A stretch of 62,406 bases of DNA, counting the filler, from Sphacelaria rigidula (lineage: Eukaryota): the NCBI GenBank assembly GCA_964200075.2. It is 7 parts of 7 records of this genome, joined end to end, with 100 filler letters (N's around TTAATTAATTAA, not from the genome) between each part and the next. Parts side by side here need not be neighbours in the genome. Positions count along the whole stretch, not along the records: positions 17,861 to 26,690 come from CAXNAA020010002.1; positions 26,791 to 35,619 come from CAXNAA020010003.1; positions 35,720 to 44,548 come from CAXNAA020010004.1; 4 more parts are not named here. One strand, 5' to 3'. How positions within the stretch are numbered: position 1 is the first letter of the stretch; each line of letters opens with the position of its first letter. The notes under the pieces are model-generated. The model saw only the letters and a program-made list of their open reading frames with translations. It did no database searches and was not told where the DNA came from. Made by a program: the position numbers and the translations under genes. Of this stretch, positions 26,263 to 37,514 are shown in pieces.

Positions 26263-26690
26263 CTGCACACCAGCAACAACAGCAGCACACCAAGGCACAA
26301 ACAGGCAGCAGGCGGCACCAGTGAGAGATAGTACCCGACGCGTGAGAGGCTGGTGCTTGGTTTCCGCTTCAACTTTGCATTATTTCAAAGATCCAGCCGA
26401 CTTTCCTCGATGACTCTGAACCTACCGGGAGTTGAACGGTGACCCCCAAGCACACGAAAATGCATGGCGGGGGGGGGGAGGGGCGTACTCATTTGTTGCT
26501 TGCCTTATTCGTTTGATCATTGACCACGCATCCCTTTCGAGACGGGGCACCGTTTTCTACTCCTAAAAGAGCCACCTTCAGCATTCCGGCGCTCAATACG
26601 TTTTTTCCAATTACACGACAGGAGTGGGGGGGGGGGGCGTACTCATTTGTTGCTTGCCTTAGTCGTGTGACCTTCGACCACGCATCCCTT

Positions 26691-26790
26691 NNNNNNNNNN
26701 NNNNNNNNNNNNNNNNNNNNNNNNNNNNNNNNNNTTAATTAATTAANNNNNNNNNNNNNNNNNNNNNNNNNNNNNNNNNNNNNNNNNNNN
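26691..26790. other. Artificial contig linker
   Basis: N-TTAATTAATTAA-N, 100 bp. Confidence 0.97.
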
Positions 26791-27207
26791 CTCCGGCTCC
26801 CTGCCGAAAGCTTCACCGAACGATGGTCTCGTGGAGCATCCCTTCTCGCCGCACCACCTGCGAACTACATCGGCCATGCCCGCTCGGGCGTGTGCGGCGC
26901 AGAACTCCACCTTCCTGCTACTGACTGCACCGAACGATGGTCTCGTGGAGCAGCCCGGCTTACCGCACCGCTTGTTTACGAAGTTGACCATTCCCGCTCG
27001 CGCGTGTGCGGCGCAAAACTCCGCCTCCCTGCCACTGGCTGCATCGAACGATGGTTTCGTGGAGCAGCCCTTCTCGCCGCACCGTCTGCTCACCACGTTG
27101 ACCATACTCACCCGCGCGTGTGTGGCACAGAACGTCCCGTTAAAGCTACTTGCCGAAGCATATGATGCCCTCGTCGTGCAACACATGTGGGTGCACACAA
27201 TAGCCAT
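26791..27207 (-). CDS. EsV-1-7 cysteine-rich repeat protein, N-terminal part truncated by contig end
   Basis: About 3.5 tandem ~38-aa repeats of C-x4-C-x3-PSF-x9-FCAAHARAGMVNVV, the EsV-1-7 motif. Confidence 0.9.
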
Positions 27208-27888
27208 CCCTCTCCCGACTGCACTTCAAACCGAGCCAAGACAGCCATAGTTCCGCTGCTGCTGCTGCTGCTGCTGCTGCCCGATCCACACCCTCATAAA
27301 CGCGTTCACGAAGCCCAGCGCACCAATCCAGCAGCGGCCTGCATAAAAGAACCAGTGAAGATGACCTCAGGTCGTGCACATGTGAAAGGTAGTTGAGCCC
27401 TCATCATTGTATCTAGGTCGCAAATAGGCACGTGGACTACAGTGGATTGACAACCCGATCGCGACTTCAGTAGGTAACGAGAATAGCTACTACAGCACGG
27501 TCGGCACAGGAGACACAACGCCTTTTCGACGAGAAGTGTGTTACGGGGGAACATTGTTATTAGAAACAATAAACGCGCGAAGACGAAAATTCAAGAAAAC
27601 AATATGCGACTGATGAATTTCGGTCATGCTCGTTCACACGATATTTTGATTTGCAGTATTTAAGCAAAACCAACGGGAGGACATGTATAGCGATATGCAT
27701 TGGGCACACCGTACGAATGCTGATAACTGTGGCTTTCCAACGATTGTGATTTCGTCGTCGGGCGTACCGTACAGCATGCAAAAGGTCATGTTGATTATGA
27801 CTGCACTGTTTGTTGTACGGGGGAAGAAACGCCGTCCCCACCTCCCTGAAGAAACACGCAAACGACGTATTGATGAAATTTTCAAAAT

Positions 27889-29400
27889 ATGACCGATGGA
27901 GCTCTCGAAACCGTTTTTCAAAATTTGGGAATGCGCTCGAGATATACCAAACTGAAGTGGGGGTCTCCAGGTCACGGCGTGCCGCGCATGAGAGGTAGGA
28001 AAACAGCAGCGCCTCCTGGCACTGCTCCAAACGTGGCGAGAAAACACGAACCATACGTGTTCACACAGAGGAAGGAGATAGGAAGATGTGAAGAAGTCGT
28101 GGCTGCAGAGGAGGAAACCGTTGCTGCAGATAAGGCAGCCGCTATTTCTCGACAGGCGGCTCTTGCCGAGGAGAGGGCAGACCTTGCTGCGCAAAAGGCA
28201 GCCTCTGCTGAGGCGAAGGCAGCCATTGCTCAGGAGAAGGTAAATATCAAAGCGAGAGTCAGGGTTATCGAGAGGACAGAGGCAAGGCATGCTGCAGATA
28301 GGTCCGCGACGGATTCTACTGCGGAAGCGGGGGATCGAAGACAGCCTGATCAAGACCGGGATGAGGCTGCAGCTGCCCAAGCTGGTGAAGATCTGAAGCC
28401 AAGGAAGGCTGAGCTCTCGCACGAATCACAAACTTAGTCCATTCTCATGCTGTACTTCAACCTCGTGTAGAAAGGCGACTTCCCCAATGTGGCCATGCGC
28501 AAGACTGCATCCACAATGCCCATCAGCCCGGAGAAGACGTGCAACGTGAGTTTATCTTGTATACAGCATACTATTGCTGTAATGTTTGAAGTGACCATAC
28601 TGCATGCTCAAATACACCGTATACTGTACTGTTGCGCCGCACTACGTGGCTTGTTCTGTACTGCGTATACAGGACGGTGCCGGGCCGTGCGGTCTGTACT
28701 GCGTGTACTCCACTGCTCATATTGCTCGGTGCACTGTACGTTTTTGACCGTGCTGTACTGCGCCGGTGTGTCTGTAGGGGAGTTATCTCACACCCTGGGT
28801 AAAGATTACATTGTCAAAACGTGTACAGCGTACAGTAAGGCATATATTATCTGCTGCAGTAGAAGTGATATTCGACACTGTAAGCAGTACACGTTTCGAC
28901 GATTGTATCGCTGGTCCAGGGCGTGATGCATTTTTGATGCCGCATTTCATCCTGCACATGACCGCCATGATTGGATGCGAATCCTCGACTTTTATACAAG
29001 TACAGCATGGCTGAAGCTCTTTGTTGCACTGTTTTACTGTTTTTGCTTGGATTTCAGATTCGGGCACGTTGGTTCGAGAAAGAAGCGTGGCTCTCAACAT
29101 CGGGGGACGGATGAGGTGCAATACGAGATGTAGGGGATACGCGGAAGGTGCTCCACGACAAACAGTGCGTCGAACTGAACGGCTACATCTCCAGCATGCA
29201 TGACAAGGGGCAGCACGTCTTCAGGCGTACAGTTGGAGCGTGGATCAAGGACAAGCATGGCAGAAAAATGTCACACCTCGCGGTGGGGGGGGCTGCTGTT
29301 CAGACTTGGGTACAGGCGCCGGCGAGGAAGGATCAAAATCCCTCCCATGAACGAGGACCTGAAAGCACGTATTCGTCGCTTTCTCGTTGAGATGGCTGAG
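27889..29400 (+). pseudogene. Decayed, intron-containing Tc1/IS630-like transposase N-terminal region (coiled coil plus two HTH-like segments)
   Basis: Frame 27889-28545 (two internal stops) splices GT28546..AG29057 in phase to IRARWFEKE..*..VLHDKQCVELNGYI..VGAWIKDKHGRKMSHLAVG, then a G-run frameshift to GLLFRLGYRRRRGR..KARIRRFLVEM. No DDE domain is visible. Confidence 0.5.
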
Positions 29401-29444
29401 CATGCATTTTTTCCTTGCTTTTGGATTGCTCAGTGTTGATTGCA

Positions 29445-30085
29445 TGGACCTCTGCCGTTTGTTGAATTTGACGTCAACACGCCGGAGATATGGCATGCCG
29501 TATGTCAACCCTTTATCCATGATCGGAGGGACACCGACTGAAGTAATTCACGAAATGGGCCTTACTGTAATGCGTGAGAGGACCGCGTGCTTAGAGGACC
29601 GCATCGGAATTTGAACATCCTCGTGCTTAGGGTTAGGGTTAGGATTAGTGTTGGGATTAGGGTCGGGGACGTGGTACCTGCAGGGACTTACCCCGATTGG
29701 TTTTGGGAAACGTCGATCCTGAGGTATTTCGAACCACGGCGCGGTCCTCTAAGCACGCGATCCTCTCACACATTACACTGACCTTCTCGTGCGCATTGGT
29801 TGCTTTGCTTTTGTGTTGCTGAGTCTTAATCGCGTGGACCTTGCGGTTGGTCCGAGCTATCGTTTGTTGAATTTGACGTCAACACGCCGTAGATATGACA
29901 TGCCGCATCTCAACCCCTGACCCATGATCGGAGGGGCACCGACTGAAATAATTCACGAGATGGGACTTATCTTCTCGTGCGTATTTGGTTTCTTGCACTT
30001 GCGTTGCTGAATATTGAACGCGTGGACCTTGCGGTTCATCCGAGCTATCGTTTGTTGAATTTGGCGTCGATACGCCGGAGCATTT
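29445..30085. repeat. Degenerate tandem triplication of a ~190-bp unit
   Basis: TGGACCT..CGTTTGTTGAATTTG(A/G)CGTC recurs at ~29445, ~29835 and ~30022. Confidence 0.75.
29565..29778. mobile_element. MITE with ~38-bp TIRs and internal TTAGGG repeats
   Basis: CTGTAATGCGTGAGAGGACCGCGTGCTTAGAGGACCGC versus GCGGTCCTCTAAGCACGCGATCCTCTCACACATTACAC (3 mismatches); inserted after TA; an empty-site paralog is at ~29961-29981. Confidence 0.85.
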
Positions 30086-30166
30086 TGCGGGTACTCTTGA
30101 TCTTTCATGCCATAGTCATACGACGACCCTGCATCCCTACAAAGCCGGAATGAAGCACGCCAGGTT

Positions 30167-30527
30167 TGTTCGTAGAATGGCCCGGCGTGGTCAGCAAGAT
30201 ACACCTTGTCGGGATAAGGTACAATGCTCTAGTGGTATACCTGTTTTGAGTTCCGGGTACTACGCGGGATGACTTTATATTGTGATGTTGGCGACTAGAC
30301 ATACGTGAGTGGTGCTTGTCACATCTTGAGACTTTGGCGCCTACTGGGCCCACTTCCCTTCCTTCCCTCTTCATCAACAAAGCGTTATATACATTTCTAC
30401 CTTATCTTGATCGGCAGTCAGCCGTGTCCATTGATCGACTATCGCAGTCGTGTCCACTGATCGACTATCTGAGTCGAGTCTGCGCCCCATCCTCTCACGG
30501 GGTCACGAAGCTGCAAACACTCAAACA
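30167..30527 (+). repeat. 5' LTR
   Basis: Direct repeat of 33925-34285; 4 substitutions found by eye. Confidence 0.93.
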
Positions 30528-30573
30528 CTCTAGAGCCCCTACCCAACTTGGGAGCTTCGTGGCCAAGGGACCG

Positions 30574-31743
30574 ATGGCGGACTGGAGCACTGCGGAAAGA
30601 CACTCGGCCGTCGTGGGAGACACATCGTCTCAAACCGAGATGCTGGAGGTGAAAGAGAATATCGCCAGCTTGCAAGACTCGATGGCGGATATCACCGAGC
30701 AGCTGGCGGAGCTAAAGACGAAGATGGTGTCCCAGTTAGTGCGCGGGACATCGTCCACTGGCCCCGGAGCGGCAGCGGACGGGGAGGGGGAGGCAGGCGA
30801 CGGGAGGCACACCGTCGCCGGTGCCGGAACAGGGAGGGTCTGGTCACCACGCGGTTTCGGGATTGTATCAGGCCCTCTCCGAGGATCCACGGGCGATGGA
30901 TCCGCCCAAGTAAGTACGAACGAGGAGTTCCCGGCTTACTACCCCCATCTAGGCGTGAAGAAGTATTTTCGTGTTGATGAAAAGTCTGATGGTCAGGAGG
31001 GAGATTGGCTGTTGTTTCGTGATGATTTCCTGACACAAGTCAGTGCAGCAGGTTTTATGAGCGCCCTACGAGACACACCAAACATTCAGGTTCACGGTGC
31101 GAGTAACGAGGATTTGGCTAGTCAGGGATTAGCACCACAGGAAATCCAGATGTACAGACTCTTGTGGGCGGGATTGGTGAACTCCATAAAGGATAAGCAC
31201 GTGGAGCAAACCGCCTACTCCTGTATTGTGTCACTGGAAACGGCTCTCGAACAACCGATACCAAAGAAACTAGTATTCGCGCGTTTTCTGGATGGACTCA
31301 CAGCTGATTATGATCACCGGAAACAACACCTCCTATCACAGAAAGGCTTGGATGTGGAAGATTTGTTGGCGACGTTGAAAACTAGGTTCGGGATGATCAG
31401 AGGCAACAAGGGAAAGGATAGCCAAGCCTTGATGTCAGTTCGGAAAAACAGTGACAAGGGTAGGCGGAAGAGAAAATTACAAGGGACCTCGGGAAGTACG
31501 GGGGATTCAAAACTTGACGGGCGTGAAAATGGTTCTGCGAAGGAGAGGCGATGTTGGATTTGCCGCAAGCAAACAACACACTTCGCGCGTGACTGTCCAG
31601 AACAACATTGTATGAGATGCGGAAAAAAGGGACACTCGTTCCAGGATTGTGATACAGGAGAAGAAGATACAGCCATGGCAGTAGCGTCGTCGGGTAGTAG
31701 TGATTCTCCAGTATGTTTGGAAGCGGACGCAGAAGCCTTTTGA
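30574..31743 (+). CDS. gag: Retrotransposon Gag with coiled coil and two CCHC zinc knuckles
   Basis: ATG at 30574 (MADWSTAER) lies within ORF 30316-31743; knuckles CWICRKQTTHFARDC and CMRCGKKGHSFQDC. Confidence 0.88.
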   Translation: MADWSTAERHSAVVGDTSSQTEMLEVKENIASLQDSMADITEQLAELKTKMVSQLVRGTSSTGPGAAADGEGEAGDGRHTVAGAGTGRVWSPRGFGIVSGPLRGSTGDGSAQVSTNEEFPAYYPHLGVKKYFRVDEKSDGQEGDWLLFRDDFLTQVSAAGFMSALRDTPNIQVHGASNEDLASQGLAPQEIQMYRLLWAGLVNSIKDKHVEQTAYSCIVSLETALEQPIPKKLVFARFLDGLTADYDHRKQHLLSQKGLDVEDLLATLKTRFGMIRGNKGKDSQALMSVRKNSDKGRRKRKLQGTSGSTGDSKLDGRENGSAKERRCWICRKQTTHFARDCPEQHCMRCGKKGHSFQDCDTGEEDTAMAVASSGSSDSPVCLEADAEAF

Positions 31744-33924
31744 ACAATGATGGCATGAGACCTATGAATGATTCAAATAGCTCTTTGTTTTATGTTTTGA
31801 GTGTTCGTGAAAGTCATGCAGATAACGATTCATGTACCCAAGGAAAGGTTGATGCCCAGGTGGATCGAGATGTTGACATCTCTGGACGATGCTGAGGCCA
31901 TATTTTTTATATGGACACCGAAACTCAGTGTTATGTTTGACGAATATTCTGTCTCGAGGAGTGCAGACTTGCTTTGCGCGCTTGTTTGACTCGATTGATG
32001 AAAAAAAGATCGTCTGCCGTTTTTGTAAGTGTGAGGAGAGCGGGGCACCGCGACTTAACTTGACTGTGAAACGGTGTCGGTAAAATTGCACAGAGTGAAG
32101 TGCGTGAAGAGTGTTGAGGACATGTTTTGACATGGATGCCGAAACTCAACGCTTATGTGTAACAGTGTTACCACCCCGATAAGCGCAGGACTGTGAGGCA
32201 CCACACCCTTGCTCGGTCGGTTGAGGTGGAACCTTGTTCATCGCCTTGGTGAGTACAGGCACGTGGGGCACCATGGTCTGACTAGACTAGAGGGTGGTGT
32301 CGGTAAACCTTTCCGCAGAGGGGTATGCAGATGAACGATGGTTGAGACCACAAAATTTGAGGTGGGTTCCGAAACTCGACATCTAAGTGAACAAGTTGTT
32401 ATCCTTCCGAGAGGTGTACGATTCGTGAGGCATCGCCTGTTTGACTGGATTGGTTAATAAGACTTCGTTGTTATGGTAGGAGCAAGGACTGAGTATAGCG
32501 CAATACTAGTAGCTTGGCCTGATCATGATAATATCGGAAGAGTAACTGTGGGCACAAATGACATTGCTGTGCCACAGGTCAGCAAAACGCATGTGACCCA
32601 TATTTTGATGGCTAACAGATAGAGCTGACGTTATGTGCGAGATGTGCGCAGCATGATGAAAGAAGAGTGCATTGTATCACCCATATGGGAGCTGGTCGTT
32701 CCTCGGTTGGCTGGCCAGGCAAGTTCCGTACAGATATACACATGTTGGCACGGCATGTAAAAGGCAAAGTGTACTGTTTCATGCAACCAGGATGGTAGCG
32801 GCCGAACTGCCGTTTGATCCATGTGTGGTATGTCAAGAAGAAGTGAAGAGTTGAAATAATAGTGCTGGATCCACGTAAAATATGTGGGTGTGCGTTCGCG
32901 ACTGCCGTAACGTGACACCACAGTACGGTACGTGGTGAGAGTATGTTTATCGGTTGGTGATTGACGCGCCTGAGTAACATTGATATTAATATTTTTCCTC
33001 TCTGTTGTCCCACTGCCCATTCCCCTCGGGTCTGCACGATATGTGAGAGGCTGAGCCTCCAAAAACCATATTTGTCCGACACAGGTGCTGTCTGTACGGC
33101 TGATACGAGCACGAGGTGACGGTTGGTTTTGGAGGGCGGTGACCGACCAGGATTAAGGTCAGCCCCTCGCTGCAAATCTCCCCGCTACGGGGGAAATATG
33201 ATGCAGCACTCCTTCCCCGTGGCCTAGAAGCGGGGGGGGGAAGACTTTGATTAGCAAGAATTGGGGGGGACTGATGCTGATCGTGTGTTTTGTCTGGAGG
33301 CGTTAAGCTGCTTTGCTCCGCCGGTCACCGAGGGGGAATAAGGGGTTAAGTAGATGTAGTGAGTGTCTAGTTTGGTTGTATGACGTAGGCACTACTGTAG
33401 TATGGGTTGCTGAATTTGAATTTTGAAATTTGATTCTTGTACTGTAGGCAGCTGACTGACTGTGAAGTGAATTCTGCAACATGTGATCCGAGTTTCGAAA
33501 GTTGTCAACTGCACTGTGTTGTATGGGTTCATATATCTTACCTAGGAGCTTGGTCTAGCGTGCGTAGTACAGGTTACTCGAATACTAAGTACGACCACCC
33601 ACGCTATTGTAAGGGGCATGGGCCAGTACAGTTGAAGAATTTGACTTGCGTTTCGCTTGGAATGACCGCCAGGAGCTACAGTGTGATAAAACACACAGCT
33701 CATCCATCCCTGTTTGTTTGTCTTGGTGTGAAAAGAAATGTAGCGATGTATTTGATTCTTGGCTGGTCCCATAGTCGTTCTACGGTTGCTGATGAAATTC
33801 ATTTCTTGAGAGGATATACCTGTTGCAATCGCCGTGAGCGGAAGGGTTCATTTTCCGGTGGATAGTTTTGTCCACTGAGTATGATATTTGAATCTTCCTG
33901 TTTGACACCCGGTCAATGGGGGTT

Positions 33925-34285
33925 TTTTCGTAGAATGGCCCGGCGTGGTCAGCAAGATACACCTTGTCGGGATAAGGTACAATGCTCTAGTGGTATACCT
34001 GTTTTGAGTTCCGGGTACTACGCGGGATGACTTTATATTGTGATGTTGGCGACTAGGCATACGTGAGTGGTGCTTGTCACATCTTGAGACTTTGGCGCCT
34101 ACTGGGCCCACTTCCCTTCCTTCCCTCTTCATCAACAAAGCTTTATATACATTTCTACCTTATCTTGATCGGCAGTCAGCCGTGTCCATTGATCGACTAT
34201 CGCAGTCGTGTCCACTGATCGACTATCTGAGTCGAGTCTGCGCCCCATCCTCTCACGGGGTCACGAAGCTACAAACACTCAAACA
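33925..34285 (+). repeat. 3' LTR
   Basis: Direct repeat of 30167-30527, begins TT instead of TG, followed by TSD AGGTT. Confidence 0.93.
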
Positions 34286-35619
34286 AGGTTTTCGCCGGAC
34301 CAGGTTGTGTCCCGCGGAGAGTGGGTTGATCTCTTCAGACCACGGACTCGTCCCGGCCTCGTTGTTGTGGAAGCCTCTCCATGACAAATATGTGGGCCTT
34401 TGTGTACAACCTCAGACGAGTTTTGGCGCACAACGTGCACCCCTACCGTGGCAGCACTTACAAATGAAACAAACAAAACGTTGAGTAATACGGCAAAGTT
34501 TATCCGCTCTCTACCGGCTCCCGGGGATCTTAGCATGACCCCAAGAAAGCGATGCAGATTGCCTCAAAACAAGAACTTCCCGTCAGATTCGTCCCGAGGT
34601 GGTTCAAGGAATGTTTGTATGAAGGTTCGTTGCGTAACTCGAAACGCTGATCCGAAACGATTGATGCCAGCTCAAGCGCACGAGGAAAAAATCGGCAGCA
34701 CACCATAACCCATTATTAGGATTCCGCGTACACTTGTATCTTCTAACGCGCATGACGAGCGATTAGTAACGACGTTTTTCCGACTTAGACCCCGAAATTG
34801 TGCGCACAAATGTTCTGGGATACCTGGCAACTCTGCATGAGTAGGGCGGTTTTATTCTTCGCTTTTTTCACCAAGAGAAAACCCATTCATCAAAGGTTTT
34901 TGAATATCCCAGAGCACCCAAGTGCAAAATGTCACGATTTAGCAGAAAGATGCGGCGTGGCAAATTGCAGGGGCGTAAGAATTGATCGTCCATCCTCAAC
35001 CAGTCTGTACAAAAATGCGATATGAATGCCCGAACTCAGTCAACATCGTTACCGCAGTAGGACAACGGTAAACGTGTGCAATCTCTGGTAGACAGGCCAA
35101 AGGTTCAATGCCCGCCAGACCACTTGAGATGCTTCTTTCCCCTTTCTTCATCTTCCTTGGACACGTGCTTTGCAAGTTCTTTTCAAGGAACCTACGGCTT
35201 TGAATCGGGGGACACACGCGCGTTGAAACACAGAAGCATTGAGCACCACCATAAAACACATGCAAACGGAGTCAGGTACTTTGATTTTCTGTCTGGAAGA
35301 GGATAGTGATGGCATTCACCGTTTCTGGCCGTTGAACAAGTGCTTGATCTTCTTTCAGCTGCGAGACACTCCCTGTATTTAGCAGGCTGGCCTTGCATTT
35401 GAGCGTTGGGAACAACAGGTTCACGTACGATTTCGTGTTGTTCGGATGTCGAAGAATAAGGTGCAATCGTTGATTGCCACACGATGAAGCAATACTCCCG
35501 AAAAAACGGAAATACTGTACAACACCGTGGTAGCTAGGTTCTGTACTAATGAGTAGAGCAATGCTACGGTAGGGGTGCACTTTTTTCGCGAAATTTTGTC
35601 TGGTTCAGAGGCTCCTAAC

Positions 35620-35719
35620 NNNNNNNNNNNNNNNNNNNNNNNNNNNNNNNNNNNNNNNNNNNNTTAATTAATTAANNNNNNNNNNNNNNNNNNNNNNNNN
35701 NNNNNNNNNNNNNNNNNNN
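35620..35719. other. Artificial contig linker
   Basis: N-TTAATTAATTAA-N, 100 bp. Confidence 0.97.
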
Positions 35720-36683
35720 ATTCACTGATTGACCGCTTTTCACTCTCAATCGCATCATCTACTCTCAATCTGACGAAAACACTGTTAGTTGTCAATAGCT
35801 ACAGTATCAGTAGGTGAAGAAATGGAACCATATTTTGAAGATTTGGTGTGGATATGAAGGTTTCAATTCTCCGGGTTTCTCATCCCCAGTAAAAGATATA
35901 TCCGCAATTTGTAAGATCCCATGTTTGCAAGAGATCCTCGTACAATTTCGGCCAAAAACCACTGATATTCGGCTCAGGCCAGCATTTGTTGTGAGACGTC
36001 GCTGTGCCGCTTCAATCCAAGTGACGTGGGAGACTTCACTTGTGGCGACCAGAAGTTCGAATCCTGACGGATTTTTTTTCGTTGTTCCGTCGGTAAGGTG
36101 ATACGTTATGCAGAAAAAAAAATTCCAACTTCTGTTTCAGTAGCTGCTCTGTTTCGTCTGCTATGCTCAAGTCGGGATGCTTTGTTTGGTGAACATGATC
36201 ACTAGTGATGAGACATGCAAAAGTGGTATTTGCTGCTGACCCAGCTCTTACCGACTTAGAAAGTCCACTTTTGGCGAAATTGGGGGTTACAACGGGCTTG
36301 GGACGTACAGATCCCAGCACGAGGGATGCGGAACACGAATTGTTTTCAAGTCCATGGGAGTACTGTGACGACCGTGCAGGGAAGAAAGACTTATGACACG
36401 GTATCGTTCAAGCACTGTTGGATCCCCAACACCACAATTTCATGTCTTGGAAGGAACTGTGAAGGCGGGGACAGTAGATAGCCCGTTGACAGATACCGAG
36501 AATATGAGACGGTAATTGATGGTTCATCGTTTGATATAGTAACATTTCGTCGTGACTGAGCTGTGGTTGATGGACTCTACTCTACATACGACCCCCTGAT
36601 GGTACTCGTGGGTAACGGTGAGGAAAATGTTTTCACGCGAGAATCTACGGTTGTACGTGTTAAAACTGTGCTGCAGACGGCCG

Positions 36684-36967
36684 GTTGCCCCGCTTGTTCG
36701 GTTGGTGACCTTGAAATCTGACGGTAGGAACGTGGGTTCGAGCCTGCGGTCGACTTGGACGATCTGGAATTCCCTCACATGTTATGCGCGGCAGTGGACA
36801 GTAGCAATGCCGGTGGAATATAAAGCTCGACTTCATGGCCGACGATAGAAAGAGATCGCTCGACCCTTAACGCGATAAAAGGGGACGCAAGCACCGCAGA
36901 ATGAAGTAGAAACAGATCTCTGTGTTCATCTCCCTCGTGTGTGACCCCGGCTGATGCGCCCATATTT
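36684..36967 (+). mobile_element. Degenerate SINE copy
   Basis: GTTGCCCCG..GGGTTCGAGCC head and GCAAGCACCGCAGAA..GACCCCGGCTGATGCGCCCA tail shared with the family. Confidence 0.65.
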
Positions 36968-37514
36968 ACCTAAATATTTAGACAAGTGGGCAGCATTGAT
37001 GGCAGAACACACACATGGCATGTGGACTCCCCGCCTTCACCGACATGCTTCGACGAATCATGCATGTTCAGATGCAATGCAGACGACGCACGCAGCATCC
37101 TTTCTCTGACCGAGGCCGACCCATGTTCGGGTGAATCATCTTCAGGGCACTCGATCAGAAAGCAGAGTGGACGGAGACAGAACAGGATGTGCACTCCGCC
37201 AGCTGCTCACGACAAGGGATAGCTACACACAGGCTCAAAAAGCAAAGCAGTTCGGGCAAAATCTCTTTCGGTTTACTGAAGGCACTTCGCAACCGCACCA
37301 CAACGCCCATCTCTCATGTCACTTGCATACCCCTCAAACACCGCAAGCACAACGAGTCACACACTTGATTCCACGTGCCCAGCTGACCGACTGGTTTCAT
37401 CCGTCCACAAGTACTCGTGAGTATGAATGTCGGACATTGTAGTATGATGGGAGACAGAGACTACAAGAGTGGGCGCTGCAGTGGTGCTGCCGCAATGAAA
37501 CGCTGCAGTGGTGT

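Larger units (their letters stand above)
30167..34285 (+). mobile_element. Non-autonomous LTR retrotransposon (gag retained, pol decayed; probably Ty1/copia-derived)
   Basis: 361-bp LTRs (TGTT...AACA), 5-bp TSD AGGTT at 30162-30166 and 34286-34290, short G-run (AATGGGGG) just before the 3' LTR, gag ORF with zinc knuckles. Confidence 0.93.

Noticed and set aside
30316..30573. N-terminal 86 aa of the 475-aa ORF (repeated in ORF 34074-34484)
   Set aside because: Begins at TTG inside the LTR; gag more plausibly starts at ATG 30574.
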